NCBI GenBank assembly: GCA_965655095.1
Contig: OZ296648.1
Coordinates: forward strand, 23,064,001-23,128,000
DNA length: 64,000 nt
Source: Haplodiscus bocki
Taxonomy: Eukaryota
Direction: 5' to 3'
Below the pieces are notes generated by a model. The model had not been told where the DNA came from, did not search any database, and saw nothing but the letters and a program-made list of their open reading frames with translations. This document shows positions 1 through 13,549 of the stretch, piece by piece; positions within the stretch are counted from its first letter, which is position 1, and each line of letters opens with the position of its first letter. Made by a program: the position numbers and the translations under genes.

Positions 1-687
1 TGAAGCTATCGCTGGCTGAATACAGTTTAAAACAGCCACGTTTTAAAATACGAACGAACCAACATCAGACATTTAAACATGCGTATGTCCATTTTGAATA
101 TACTATGCATTTAATACCACTATCTGCGTGCAGTAGAGTAGTAATAAATTTTTAATCAGTTTTGAGATTATACATAGAGAAGCAAATTTGACAACTTATT
201 TTCCACCGTGTTCCAGTTTACGTCCAAAATACAAGTAGAAAAATCCCAAAAATTACCAAAGGGCTTCCGTTATTTCAAATTACACTACACAGGTAATAAA
301 TTTCAACGTTTTATTTCATGTAAACCTAACTAAATGACGGGCGAGTGTCATTTGCAGATTAGTTCCAAATACTTCGGCATAAACTCCAAATTTAAGGTTC
401 AGTTCTAATCAAAATGAAATCTAGGAACTCACTTAATACAGCATTAACGGAGCCAGCCCCTGGTTTGCAAACTGCAAACCTGAACACCGTAATTACATCA
501 AGCAACGTTAAACAAGACTCCTCCGGGAGCAGACATCCGAATTCCACTTTTTCAATTTGACAAAAACCATCTCTTCGATTTTCCGTAAACATCCACTTCA
601 GCGCAGCTTTTGAGCTGTAAACTTAAACATCACTCACTGTTCCTTACAGGCAGCTTTCAACATTGATGCGAAAAGCATTCAAGTATT

Positions 688-765
688 GTAATCAAGCAAA
701 CCTAACAATTCTAACAGCACACCAATATAGTAATCAAGAAAACCGAACAATTTTAACAGCACACC
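688..765. repeat. 42-bp tandem duplication upstream of CAPSL
   Basis: gtaatcaagcaaacctaacaattctaacagcacacc at 688 and gtaatcaagaaaaccgaacaattttaacagcacacc at 730. Confidence 0.75.
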
Positions 766-867
766 CACATACTACACGTACGAGCTCAAACAAGTCCAAA
801 AACCGTCCTTCACACAAGGACAAACGATCTCTACTGAAAGTGTTCTTTCATTTAGTAAAATTCCATA

Positions 868-1101
868 ATGGGTTCAACAACCAGACAAGAGCTGGAACTG
901 CAGAAGAAAGTGAAGGAGCAGTTAAAGACAGCGTCAGACCCAGTGGACAAGATCAGACTCACAGCTCTGTCTAGAGGGGCAGGGGGCATCAGAGACATTG
1001 CGAGGACTTTCAAAAACATGGATGACGACAACTCCATGAAAATCAGTTTCTCAGAATTCAAGAAGGGAGTTAGTGACATCGGATGCAGGTTAACCAAAGA
1101 G
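868..1101 (+). CDS. CAPSL: Calcyphosin-like EF-hand protein, coding exon 1 of 4 (join 868-1101,1732-1842,2442-2589,6844-7145; 264 aa)
   Basis: MGSTTRQELELQKKVKEQLKTASDPVDKIRLTALSRGAGGIRDIARTFKNMDDDNSMKISFSEFKKG resembles the CAPSL N-terminus and EF-hand 1; donor GTTAG at 1102, phase 0. Confidence 0.9.
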
Positions 1102-1731
1102 GTTAGCAGACGCCTTTTGCAAAGATTCATCATTTCACAAAGCCAAAATACGTGTCAACATTTGGTGTTTTGGTGGGTAACTTCAACACTTCATATGTCG
1201 AATTCTTAAACCAAATCGTCATGATGATGGGTAACTTGTTTAAACCGGGACAAAGTGAACTGCCACATTTTTAATAACGCCAAGAAACGAATTATTCGAT
1301 TATATTACAAGTTTAATTTTCGTTCCACTGCCAAAATTTTCTACCGTGCAACTAAAATGGCAACCACAACCCAGCTCATTCATACTCTTTCCGAAGAAAC
1401 CAAATAGCACGCTGTTCTCTACCCGAAAGGTCGATATAGCCTCGAAGCGGCGGTACTGAAATTGCGAAACAGGACGCTCGATGTCAGTGTGTCTCATCGG
1501 ACAAAAATGAAGGCTCGATAAGAAATCTTTCAAACGCGCCATCAGTCGTTTTTGAACAATGCATAGTTGGAAATCTTTAGTTTGAATTTTTCCCATTTTC
1601 TACCGGAAATTCACAAAATGGTCAAGTTTGTTGGGGCTAATTGCGATTAAATTAAGTCCCTTCATTGAGACTGAATTCCGCATGTTTTTCTGTTAGAGAT
1701 TTCAGATTTGTAGAGCTCTTTGTTTTGTCAG

Positions 1732-1842
1732 GAACTGGAAGAATCTTTCAAAGCATTTGATCAAGATCAGTCTGGGGAAGTTGACTATGATGAATTTCTG
1801 CTACGATTGAGATCAGATTGCATGAACGAGAAAAGACAATCG
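1732..1842 (+). CDS. CAPSL: Calcyphosin-like protein, coding exon 2 (not in ORF track)
   Basis: Acceptor tgttttgtcag; translates ELEESFKAFDQDQSGEVDYDEFLLRLRSDCMNEKRQS (EF-hand loop DQDQSGEVDYDE); donor GTTAGT at 1843. Confidence 0.9.
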
Positions 1843-2441
1843 GTTAGTTTTAATACCGTCAAAATCAACAAGCCGAAAACAGCACAAAGTTGACCCTGCC
1901 CGTCAGCCTGCAGCGAAAAATTGGGTAAATCAAAGAAGAGGTACCGCGGTTTTTTGTTGAATTTTTTTTTGTTGTTTCAATGCCCGAAACTTCGTAGAGG
2001 TACTATTTTAGTTATTCAATATTTTTGTTTTTAGTCGGTTTACTTTGGTGAAAAGCCGACTATTACATGGTCACTTTTTTTTACCGCTAAAGCGTCCAAA
2101 ATGTTTTGATGAAATTTTATGAACAACTCAAAATGACCGGTACTCTAGAGGGACCTGATGGTCTAGAAAGTAGGACAAAAAGGTCTTTAGGCCATAGAAA
2201 GGAGTTCGAGAGTAGGTAAATCCATTTCTTATTCGGTGGCAAAGTGGCCTAAATACATGATAAAAGGTTTTTGCGCCATAGATACGGTTCAAGACCAATT
2301 TTTTCAAGAAACATCTAATTTTAGTGTTTTGCTGTAAGTTTATTATAATGACTTGAATCACTGTCCAAACATTTCAGGATTAATTCCAAATAATAAATTT
2401 TTAGATGTCAACTAGTTTTGACCCTTTGAGTCCCGTTTCAG

Positions 2442-2589
2442 TATGTACACAAAGCTTTCCAGAAGTTGGATGCGGACAAAAGCGGAACAATCACAATAGA
2501 AGATTTGAGAGGAGTCTATGACGTGTCTCAACACCCCAAAGTGATGTCGGGAGAATGGAATGAAGACGAGGCCCTCGGAGTTTTTCTAG
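2442..2589 (+). CDS. CAPSL: Calcyphosin-like protein, coding exon 3
   Basis: Acceptor cccgtttcag; [49 protein letters not shown] (EF-hand plus HPK..GEW calcyphosin motif); donor GT at 2590, phase 1. Confidence 0.9.
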
Positions 2590-3319
2590 GTTCGAATCAC
2601 ACAGTATTTCTTTTCTTTCACTTGAACATAAGCTATTATAGGCTTCCTAATAAACAGCAGGGTTACAATAAATGGGCCCACTGACATTTCGCTAACAATA
2701 AAAGGGATTCCAAATTACGTTGTCAATAGATCTAGTTGACCTTCCAAAAATTTAAATTGTGAAAACTCGCCGCCTCAAAATCTTCAAAAATGCATACAGT
2801 AGATCATCTTTCTTTACGACAAGTTCAATTAAACAAGTCCAAAACTTTCAATTTGGTGCTGCATCTACGGCTCAAACCTAAGTCCTCAAAAACCCTTTTG
2901 TTCTATACCTTCTTGACTGACCACCAGGAGCCGGCTAGCAAAGGCATATTTTTCGTCAAATTACAAAATTTTTGATCAACTTTTGCATATAATTTGAAAA
3001 AAAAACGAGAATGGTGTTTTGAATCTAATTTTCAAAGGCTTTCTACAAATATCAATTCCACTTTTGATTTCTGCAATTCTTGGCACTATCGATTTATCAG
3101 GGCTCCGAAGCAAAGTACAAAGCCCTAGGTTTTTTTGAATCACCTTCTGAAAACTTGAAACTATCTTGGGAGATCTTGATAGCAAAAATCCAGCTAGTAC
3201 TTCTAATTTGACTAAAGAGAAAAGCTGCTACAAATTGCACTGCCAATTTCAGCCTATGAGGTTACGAATGCAGGGAACATCTTTCGGAATGAGTTTATTT
3301 AGTAACCTTATACACATAT

Positions 3320-5060
3320 AAAACTGTCCACTGAGACCTTCATGGAAGAAGTCCAGTCGGTGGTTTTGGAGACAAATGAGTTGGAATCTCAAGAAGAATA
3401 ACATGCTACGCAAATTTTTGAATTACCAGCCCAATAAGTTTCCGCTGAGAGCACTAAAACTTGATTTTTTTCATTCGATAACAATTTTTTTTGTTTTCAA
3501 ATTTTAAAACTTATGAATAGACATCCTGATAAAGAAATACAGACGGTGGCTTTAGAAAACGATTCTAATATACAAAGCATCATACAAATATATAAAACTT
3601 TTGGCAATTTAGGCCTTTCAAATTTTCGACGAAAGGGTAGAGAGAAGATATGGATAATGTATCATCAACGAAAACAAATTTGTGGAATGAGACCTGGGCG
3701 GAAGAAGTCTCGACAGTTGCTTAGAGGGAAACCGAGTTTGATTATCCAGAGTAATTATACGAATATTCAGTTTTTTGCTACTTTGGACTATCCGGTTGAA
3801 AGCAATGAAATGCATTGTCTGGCAATCAAATAACAATTCAGGAGTAGAAAAAAATCGATTGATACCCTGATGGATAAAATGCAGCCAGTAAACTTGAGAT
3901 CAAAAGGTTTGATTTTCAGGAAAAATCAAAAACTTCTGCACTTTCCAGATATTGCGGTTAAGAACGTTTCCGAAGAAAAGTTTCCCAAAAAATTACTATT
4001 GCGTGATGCTCTACGGTTACAAATTGGTTGCCTCAGACTTTGATATAAGAAATTCAGTGGGTCGTCTTGAAAAATCGAATTCGCATTATGTCATACGTAT
4101 AAGTAATTCTTGGCATTTTCCGCCAATAAAATTTGCTTTGCGAGGAACCAGAGGCAACAATTGTCACTCCCGTTTGATTTCAGAAGTATTGAGAAAGTCG
4201 ACTGATACCTTGGTGAATGAAATGCAGCCACTGGTTTTTGAGAAAGGCAGGTTTGTTTTACAGGAAAATCAGACCAATTTCACATTCTGACCAAATTGAT
4301 CCATAAAATTTGCGATGCATGGATATTTTCCAGGAACACTGTCAACGGACTATGTTCCTCAGATAGAGAAGACTTGATTGAGACCATGATAGAAGAAATC
4401 GATGTTGTTTTGGGAAAATCCAGTGTTTTTCGAGACGATTCATAGAAAGATGCAATTAACCCAATAAGCGTATCAGGTTTACATTTTAAGGAGCCAAACA
4501 CCATATTGGACAGCCAACTAGCATTTTGCAAGAAAAGTCGACTGATAGATTGATTGAAATGTAGCCGGTATTTTTGGAGTCATTTAGAATTGAATTTCGA
4601 GGAAAATCAATCAACTATGCACTTTTTGAGTAATTCCGTCAATTAAAGTTTCGATGCAAGAACCGGTATCAGATAGATGGTTGTTGAAGGATGTTCCGCA
4701 GGTAGCAAACTATCGATTGAGACGTTGACGGAAGCGTCATAGTTGGTAGTTTTGAAAAGACTTTATATTATCAAGGTTGATCAAAGATTTCTTACCAAAA
4801 ACCCCATTACATGGTGACAATGGTCGAGGGAGACATCGATGAATGAAAATCAGCAGGTAGTTCCGAACAAATTAGGTTTGAGTTTCGATTCAAAAAATTA
4901 CCAGTCTTCAAATTTCCAAGAGAACTGACGCTTGTTTCAGATGCCAAGTAATTAAACGGAAGTACTTCGATAAAAAATGACCTTCCATGAATGGAAAATT
5001 ATTGATTAAGGCCTTTATGTAAGAAGTCAATTCGGTCATTTTGAAGGAAAAAAGTTTTTG
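3320..5060. repeat. Highly degenerate ~170-bp tandem repeat, about 10-11 units
   Basis: Motif like gattga(g/t)acc..gat.gaagaa.t.cagc.ggtggttttg.ga recurs near 3325, 3520, 3685, 3858, 4030, 4198, 4373, 4538, 4714, 4840 and 5000; copies at 3858, 4198 and 4538 (340 bp apart) are the most alike. Confidence 0.55.
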
Positions 5061-6139
5061 AGAATAAACATACCATATTTTTTCAAGCCTGGTCCGACTC
5101 TAAGGACTCTACAACGTACACAACGACGTGTTCCAGGAAAAATGTGCATCAATTGTTTTTTGGTGTTTGAGGCTCAGTTAGGAAAGCAATATACAGGTAG
5201 TGGAGGATACTTTTCCGAAAAACAATTCGAATTGTTAAAACGGAATTCATTATATAAAAAGAAGATATAATTTTCGGATACTTGACAATTTTCAAAAGGT
5301 CCAAAATTTTTCGCAAATTATTTTGAATATTGACAGGTTGAGTTGATTCATTCATGTAGAAAAATCTTTCCGGATAACTGAAAAAACCTGAAGTATATCG
5401 AAAGAGACTATTGTGGGACAAAAGAAATCAAAAATGTAGAAATAAAAAGAGTTGGTACAAAAAATCAAATTAGCTGGTACAAGAGTTGGTGCGTTCTAAG
5501 TTGGGGCCACCTATCTGCTGTAATATCGCATATATGTATTATACAAGAGGCTAATAAATTTGCAACACGAAGTTTCCGTGACATTCGCAAGTTCTGGAAA
5601 GGGAAAAACTACAGTCCTGAATTGACTAAATTGCTTTTGAAAATTTATGGACGGAAACTAAAACTAGCTGAGAACAAGTCAAAGTCGACGCTGCTCATCT
5701 CCCCGGCGTGAAAGCTTCGGTGAACCATAGATGGGTATCACCAAGAAATGTCCAGAACGTTTTGTCTCACAGTATCACATTACCGAAAAATTAGTAAGGG
5801 GGCCCTTTTGGTGTTTCTGAAATTTTCTGGCACTGCCTATTTGTTGGGTGCGAAAATTTGGTGAAACATAGAGGGGGGTATCGGAAAAAATGCCGAAAAT
5901 CTTTTGTCTCGCGAGAAAAAAATCGCGAGGGGTACCTTCTGTGTTTGAAAGTTTCTGGTACCGAAAAACTATGCGTAATGGGGGTATCACAATTTTTCGT
6001 GGAACATTTTTTGTCTCACAGTACCGAAACATTTCGCAGAACACTTCTGTGTTTCAAAAATTCAGGTATTGGAAATTTTCATGCATAAGAGGGGGATCAC
6101 GATTTTCCGTCCTATCATTAAAGTTGAAAAATGTAGGTA

Positions 6140-6208
6140 AAGGCTAGGATTCGAACCCGTACCTACCGCTTCAGAGCCCTGTTCTCCTACCCACTGTGCC
6201 ATGGGAAC
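6140..6208 (-). pseudogene. tRNA-derived module (Gln-CTG-like) inside repeat
   Basis: Minus strand gttcccaTGGCACAGTGGgtaggagaacagggCTCTGAAgcggtaggtacgGGTTCGAATCC: A box, CTG loop and B box; acceptor stem does not pair. Confidence 0.55.
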
Positions 6209-6250
6209 AATTGAAAATTCTGACAATTTCAGTGAAATCATAAAAATTTA

Positions 6251-6320
6251 TGGCCCGGCAGGGATTCGAACCCGGACCTACTGCTTGAGAAATGTTTGTC
6301 CTCACTGCACTGCCGAGACC
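6251..6320 (-). pseudogene. tRNA-derived module (possibly Glu-CTC-like) inside repeat
   Basis: Minus strand ggtctcggcagtgcagtgaggacaaacatttCTCaagcagtaggtccGGGTTCGAATCCCtgccgggcca; intact T arm and B box, degenerate other arms. Confidence 0.5.
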
Positions 6321-6542
6321 ATTTATTTGAAAATAAAAACAATTGGCAAAAATACACTGGAAAAACAGAAAAACGACCCTGCTGAATGAATAATTTTCGT
6401 TACATATATTAAAATATGTGGCGAAATATAATAAGGTAATTTTCAGTCGTGGGCTGGGCCCTCGTTACACCAACTATCGAAGGAGGGGTAAACAAGTTTA
6501 GGTGTGAAACATTACCCGAGGTCTTCCTTATCGAGTCCTTAA

Positions 6543-7145
<603 letters not shown>

Positions 7146-7188
7146 ACAACTAGGCCCCTGATATATAAACGTCCATTTTAATTTGAGA

Positions 7189-7260
7189 AATAAAATTTAC
7201 CAAGCGTTCATCACTTGAAAATGTTTATGATTTGACACTATGTTTTTGTTTAAAAATAAA
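7189..7260 (+). promoter_or_regulatory. Candidate polyadenylation signals of the CAPSL-like gene
   Basis: AATAAA at 7189-7194 and 7255-7260, just downstream of the stop codon. Confidence 0.5.
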
Positions 7261-10200
7261 CTTATGGTTGCCACTATTTCAGTTTTCACGACTGAAAAAG
7301 AAAGCTCACAGACAAATTTGTCATTTATTTGCGTTTGTTACTGCTGTCAGCATTGAGGTTAAAACTCTTTATTATCACCAGATACTGAAACAGCTAACTT
7401 GAAAAGTAAGCAAAGTCGTTTGACGCCAAGATGCGAGACAAAATCGCCGATTTCAATTGAGACAAAGCGGCCCATTTTGAAAATGAGGCAAGACCGCCGA
7501 TTTTGAAATATCTTTTTTAGCTTTTGTAAAAGGCCAAGTGTAAAAATCTGCTCGGACAAGAGCAGCAAATTATGGAAATTAATAATTCCACAACCTGCAA
7601 AACTAAAATTTCTGTCATTTAATGAAATGCCAATGAAACTAAAATACCAGAAAATACTACAAAAACAACCTATATGAACTTTTGCGGAATATAATTTCTT
7701 CTGATTTTTTCTTGATACACCGAAAGTTTTTAATATTTTGGTAATGGTGTTTTAGTTTTTTCAGAAAGAAAATTTTTATTTATTCAGAGTTCTGTATACA
7801 AAAAAGAGTACTACAAATTTAGGTATATGGAGAAGAGGGTTCCATTAAAATCGTTGGTTTCGGCATTTTCAAAAAAACTTGCCGCAAAAAATGAAATGAA
7901 TTGATTAAGGTAGTGGTATTTCAGTTTATATTAGTAATTGACGCTTTCATGAGAGAAACAATTTTGATGGCAGTTTGTTCTCATTCATTTATGAAATCGG
8001 CTGTTTTGTACTTTCCCTGGACGCCAATTTTCAACACTGATTTGAATAAAAAATATGGATGAAACATTTTAAAATGAGCAGTTCAGCTATCGGCGAAAAA
8101 ATATGCGATTGCCAAATCCAGGCAAGTAGAAACGAAGATATAACGTCGGTAATGAAGCCCGAGTTTTCCATTTGCGAATCAGCGCTATATCAACCACTCT
8201 AGATTCTCTAAAATGGAATTCCGGAGAATCTTGGACGAGTTGTTGAACTGATAAAATACATAACAAATTTCAATAAAAATCCATCAGAAGCTGGATCTAT
8301 AACACTTATTTTGCATTTTATTTTGCAAAGTTATTACGAGACCACGACTCAAGCAGTTTTTAACGATTTAAAAATTCGAGTAATATTTCAAAAGTACTGT
8401 TTTGATTTTAATTCGAGAGCAAAAACTGAACAAGTTTGGAGGTCAAATTCTCAAAGCACGACAGTTTTACAAAATTAATGCAAACGTTTTTTCAAGATTT
8501 TATTAGCGTTTTTGTTTTGAAATTGGACTACTAGTTAAAAAGTTAGGTATACCGTCATTCTGGCCAAATTTCAGGTTTTTCTCAAAAATTTCATCATCTA
8601 CAAAATACAGAAAAATTTTTTAGATACAATTATTTAGTTTTGGACCTCGCCGAAATTATTTGCTTTTCGGAAAATTAATTACTTGCAAAGTTCACGATTA
8701 TAAAGCGAAGTGAAATCTTAATACCCTATCTTAATACATGTAAATCGCATCTTCGGCACCTAAAAACCGCGAATTTTCTAAAATGAAAAAAATTCCAAAA
8801 GAGAAATATTATGCCCTCAGGGGCTTCATTGTGGATGCAATTAGTTAAAAGAATTGAAGAAAATGTATTGTTGTAACTACTGAAAAACTGGAAAATGAAA
8901 AATGCTGAAAAATCTTCAAAAATGAAGGTCTCGAACTTTTTGACTAATGGTCAAATTTTCATCACTTAAAAGCTTCTGTAATCTTATCAAAATTCTAAGA
9001 AACTTTTGTTCTTGCATCTTTATGAACCTTTTGAAATTTTGAGCTTCAAAAATAACAGTTTTTGCTCTGGAGTTCACTCAATTACAGTACTGGAGCTCGC
9101 AGTTGGTCTCCGTTGAAATTAGAATGCTACATATCGTATTTATTCGAATTGTAGCCTCAGTAAAAGCTCTAAAACAGGTATCAAGCAACTGAATTACTTT
9201 ACAACTGAAAAGTTACATAGCATCCACTTAAAAAAAGTTAACTAATTTACTAAGCATCCAAAGAGCACGAAAGTAAATAGACGTTCTTTTGGAAAGTAGT
9301 AAAAGCCTGAGTGATATTCACATTCGAGAGGTTCGATAGACATACTTTAACTCGCATGGGAATGCAATCTTCCCCGAGTACACTGTTTTGAGGAGAGAAA
9401 TAAACAATAGGCCTTAAGCTTTCGCTTAATGCTGATACAAATTAAACCGGACCCGTATAGATTAAAAAGTAAGTAACACCCCGGTGCTTAATCTTGCTGA
9501 GATGGAAAATCTTGAAAAGACGAACAGACAACTCAACTGCTGCTTTTGCTGGATCATTCAAGTGACACTGGAAACCGTCTCGACGCAAAAGTCGCATATT
9601 AGTAATAGTAATTCGAAAACCACTGCGGAAACTTTTCACTGCTCGTATGCGAATTGAGGCCACAGAAAACAAACCTAAATAAACGTTATTGACCGCGGCG
9701 GCTACATTTCGATTGCATACAGTACTCTCCTTATAACTCTGTATGCGTTTGAAAAGATGCACATCTGTGTCCAAGCATCTGACGACGGAACTGAGTGGTC
9801 CATGCAAAACAGCTCGGTCGGAAGAACAATCAATTTGAATTGGAAAAATTAACTACAGCCTACAGGGAAAATTGATATTGCAAATGATATACAAAGCAGG
9901 CATTTTTCTAAACAATTAAAAGGAATCAAACTGTATATAATTTACAGCTAAAAACTTTCTTAGTTATGAAAAACTTCGCTGTCTGGTTTGACTTGAGCAC
10001 AAACTTTGTCTTTAGCCAGAATGTCATTTTTGTTCTTGTCGCAACTTGGGATGTAGAAGAAATGATGCCCAATATATTTCGAAGTTTCATATGGAGGTTC
10101 TGAGAAGAACTGCCGTTAGTACAAGAAGTATTCGGTACTTTTCAGAAGTTTTGAGCATTAAACTAAAAACGGCAACATGAAATGAAATTGTCTCAAAATT

Positions 10201-10383
10201 TTTGCATAAGATGACAAGTTTGGGCCAAGTTTCCTTCCAGTAATGAAACTGTGCAAAATTGTACTCGTTTATCAAATTTTTATTGGAGTTTTCTCATTTG
10301 TAGAAGACCTCGTTACTTTTCCCGAAAAATGATATTCCCATGATTACAAGTGTTAATTTTGATATGTGTTTTTTGTGAATACA

Positions 10384-12159
10384 TCACGAGAAGAAAGATG
10401 TATCTGTTATTGCAAAAACTCTACTACCGATAGCACAAAAATGTGTGATCGGTTCTTCTGTGGATATTTCATACTTCCACAACTTTTCCATAATCCAACT
10501 TCTGGAGGTGAAGTCAGCGAGAACAACTCGACATGTAAGTGAGACGCTCTTTGTGTAATCGAACAAGATCAGGCGTTCTTCTGAGTCTTGAAAGTTCAAG
10601 TTGTCGATTTGTGACATGCCATGGTGAATTGGTAGAACTTCAACTTTCAGTTTAGTTGCAATGTTGTATACCGTCAGCATTTTATCGCCACTCACGAAAG
10701 CATACGCAGATCCAAAACTTGCTAGTAATTTTGGACGTTTGAGACAAGGCAAAGCTTCGTACGTACCATCCTCCTTCGATAGCTCGACTTGCGACTTTAC
10801 AGAATTCCAGACAACCGAAGACCCATTGCACTCGAATTTCATTGGCTCAATGTTATCGAGGATTTTCCGACACCCAGTGTACTTCCCGGACTGAAGGTTA
10901 AAAACGCTTAGGAAGCTATCCGATTTGTAGAAAACCAAATAACAACCCGATCTGAAGACTGATTTCACACCATTTATATCGAAACAGTAATTGAAAACGT
11001 TCCAGTTATCGTTAAATGCTTTTCCACGTATATCTGGTTTCGACAATAGAACTGATAAATTTACTTTATCTTCAGAACACGATATGTTGAAAACTTCAGA
11101 GCAGGACGTGAAACCTGCAGAAGGTTTGAAACCCTTTTCTGGAAAAATTTCCGACAATGTTATGTATTGTTTGTCTTTACCAGATAAACCTTTTGATAAT
11201 TTGTAGATTTCGTAGATCCGACGATGCCCAAGAGGTTCCCTAAGCTGACGAAGAACTGTTTCAATTGCATTAGCCATGTAGTCATCCAGGGTAGGGTCCC
11301 ATCGCAAACTCACGTGGGTTTCAAACTCCACATTTTGCATGTTAAGAGACGCATCAAACAATTCGAGGTTGTCAAGATATGTTTTAATACAACGTCCATC
11401 CGACATTTGAAGTACATCACGTAATTGTAGAACCATTTCGTCAGCAACGTTAGAAACTGCGCATATTGCATCATAGCAGTTGGTTCTTATGCAATTTTCA
11501 CCACTAAATTCAGGGTCGCTTTTTGTTGCTTCCGAAAAAAGTTTGGACCATTTGGCAGCGTTGATTTCAGCAACTTGTTTAAACGATTTTAATAAAGTTG
11601 TTGTCAAGTGCTCTTGATCCAAAGACTTAGCAAACTTTTCTCGCTCATCCAAAATATCTTTCACAGCACGCACACGGTTTTTCAAAGGTTTTGCCATTTC
11701 CTCAAAATTGTTCAAATACTCAAAGACGAATTCGCGTAACTCTGTTGCTTTTTCATGAGCAGGTTTGAATACATGATTGCAATGAGAGCCCAAACATTTG
11801 AAGCAAAACATAACCGAACAGTCGCAGCAGAACATAAGACTAAGCATCGTGTGGAGGTCGCAGATCACGGGTTCGTGTCCTCGCCAGTCTAAAACTTTGT
11901 GCTTCTGTTTGATATGCAAAACCCAAATACACCCTTCGCACAGTACACTTTTGGCGCCATTTGATGAATTTGAGTCATCGCCAGCTGCCTCAGTGCAAGT
12001 TGCACAGCGGTAGGAGTTAATTTGATCGATTTTCTCAGAGCAGAAGTTGCACGAAATTGGGTGGAGAGTATCCTCGTGTATCTCCTTGTCATAACTTTTT
12101 TCGGAAACCGCCGTTACCGCCGTGCCTCCAATGGCAATGCACTCATTGATATTAGTCAT
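10384..12159 (-). CDS. Intronless RING-less TRIM-like protein (B-box1-like, B-box2, coiled coil, divergent beta-rich C-terminus), ~591 aa
   Basis: Long ORF; first in-frame ATG at 12159 (MTNINE; the ORF track starts at a TTG). CNFC..CATC..LCEGC..H..H followed by CDLHTMLSLMFCCDCSVMFCFKCLGSHCNH (B-box2 pattern), then a helical region and a possible beta-propeller. Confidence 0.8.
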   Translation of the reverse strand: MTNINECIAIGGTAVTAVSEKSYDKEIHEDTLHPISCNFCSEKIDQINSYRCATCTEAAGDDSNSSNGAKSVLCEGCIWVLHIKQKHKVLDWRGHEPVICDLHTMLSLMFCCDCSVMFCFKCLGSHCNHVFKPAHEKATELREFVFEYLNNFEEMAKPLKNRVRAVKDILDEREKFAKSLDQEHLTTTLLKSFKQVAEINAAKWSKLFSEATKSDPEFSGENCIRTNCYDAICAVSNVADEMVLQLRDVLQMSDGRCIKTYLDNLELFDASLNMQNVEFETHVSLRWDPTLDDYMANAIETVLRQLREPLGHRRIYEIYKLSKGLSGKDKQYITLSEIFPEKGFKPSAGFTSCSEVFNISCSEDKVNLSVLLSKPDIRGKAFNDNWNVFNYCFDINGVKSVFRSGCYLVFYKSDSFLSVFNLQSGKYTGCRKILDNIEPMKFECNGSSVVWNSVKSQVELSKEDGTYEALPCLKRPKLLASFGSAYAFVSGDKMLTVYNIATKLKVEVLPIHHGMSQIDNLNFQDSEERLILFDYTKSVSLTCRVVLADFTSRSWIMEKLWKYEISTEEPITHFCAIGSRVFAITDTSFFS

Positions 12160-12767
12160 GCATGCAAAATACTGAAAATGTCTTCCAGCGTAACATTCCA
12201 AAACCTGCAACTTCTTCGTATCAAAAAATCATTTCATTTCACAAATTTGGGCCTTCTATTTACTAAGTTCGAGCTGTGAAATGTACAGTAAGGTCAAAAG
12301 AAATCGTTTTACTCGGCATTCTACAGCGTTAATTAGCCAATAGCAAATTGTTAAATGCTTTATTTGAATTTTAATTGGTTGACAATCGCAAAATTTGATT
12401 AGTTTTCGGGTTGAAATGATTTCGGAAAATCACGTGGCCGAAAACTTACGTGAATCTCCTGATCCAATTGAAATAATTAGAGTGCGAAAATTATTTCCCA
12501 ATTACAAAAGTATCAGCATTTCAAAACTTGAAGATCCGTAAATCCTATTTTAAAACAAGTAAATGCAAAATTTTCAACAATAAAAAATCGATAATTTTCT
12601 TATTTCAATTTTTTTATTGAAATCAAACTACATCAGTAGCTTTGAGAGATTCTGGGCAAGCGTTCGAATGGAAAACGTTTCGAAAACTATCCTAAAACTC
12701 CTATATATAATCTAAAATTGTCCAAAAAATATTTTTAAGTTCTACAACATTGGTCGGAAGAATTTCA

Positions 12768-13549
12768 AACAAGACCACCGGTTAGCACCGGCATATTTTT
12801 CGCCCAATTACAAATATACTGATCAACTTTTGCACACAGTTAAAAACGACACAACTGTTTTGAATCTAAATTTCAAAGCTTTTCTACAAACATCTATTCC
12901 ATCACTGATATTTTATGCAAAAGAGGGAAAACCTTCGGTGTTTCAGTAAATTTCCGGTATCGAAAAACTTTATGCATAAGAGGGGGATATCACGATTTTC
13001 TCTTGGAATTTTTTTGTCTCACGGTGCCAAAAAAATTAGTAGGGGAGCCCTTCGGTGTTTCAAAAGAGTTCTGGTATCAAAAAAAATTATGCATAAGAGG
13101 GGATCACGATTTTCTGTCGAAAATTTTTTGTCTCACAGTACCCAAATTTTTTGGAGGGGAACCTTTGTGTTTCAGAAAAACTCTGGTATCGAAAACTCTC
13201 ATGCATAAGAGGGGGCTATCACGATTTTCCGTCGTATTAATAAAGTCAAAAAAATTAGGTGAAAACTGGGATTCGAACCCCTACCCAGAGCTTCAGAATC
13301 CTGTTGTCCTACCCAGTGTGCCATGGGAACAGGTGGAATTTCTGACAAATGTCAGTGAAATCATAGAAAATTATGGCCCCACAAAGATTCGAACCCGCAC
13401 CTACTGCTTGAGAAATGCTCAACCTAAACCCACAGCTGAAATTTACTTTTGAATGAACAGTTGGCGAAAATACACTGAGAAAAAATGCGACCGTACTGTT
13501 CTGAACAATTTTTCTTGCATATTTGTAAATATGCGGCGAAAAATAACAA
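12768..13549 (-). mobile_element. Non-autonomous Helentron/DINE-1-like element with ~115-bp internal tandem repeats and two tRNA-derived modules
   Basis: Plus-strand AACAAG, hairpin CCGGT-tagc-ACCGG and TATTTTTCGCC at one end; perfect inverted GGCGAAAAATA(acaa) at 13535; atgcataagagggg at 12972, 13089, 13201; tRNA-like modules at ~13262-13330 and ~13375-13440. Confidence 0.65.

Larger units (their letters stand above)
2921..6434 (-). mobile_element. Long (~3.5 kb) non-autonomous Helentron/DINE-1-like element filling most of CAPSL intron 3
   Basis: 2921-3080 aligns with 12770-12920 and 5760-6434 aligns with 12920-13550; degenerate family ends ccggctagcaaaggcatatttttcg and ggcgaaatataataa. The middle part could be a nested insertion. 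Confidence 0.55.

Noticed and set aside
6140-6320. Functional tRNA genes
   Set aside because: Acceptor and anticodon stems pair poorly, and the second copies at 13.3 kb have diverged without compensatory changes
9442-10275. Short minus-strand ORFs downstream of the B-box gene as further exons
   Set aside because: No recognisable motif or convincing splice path from the 10384 end
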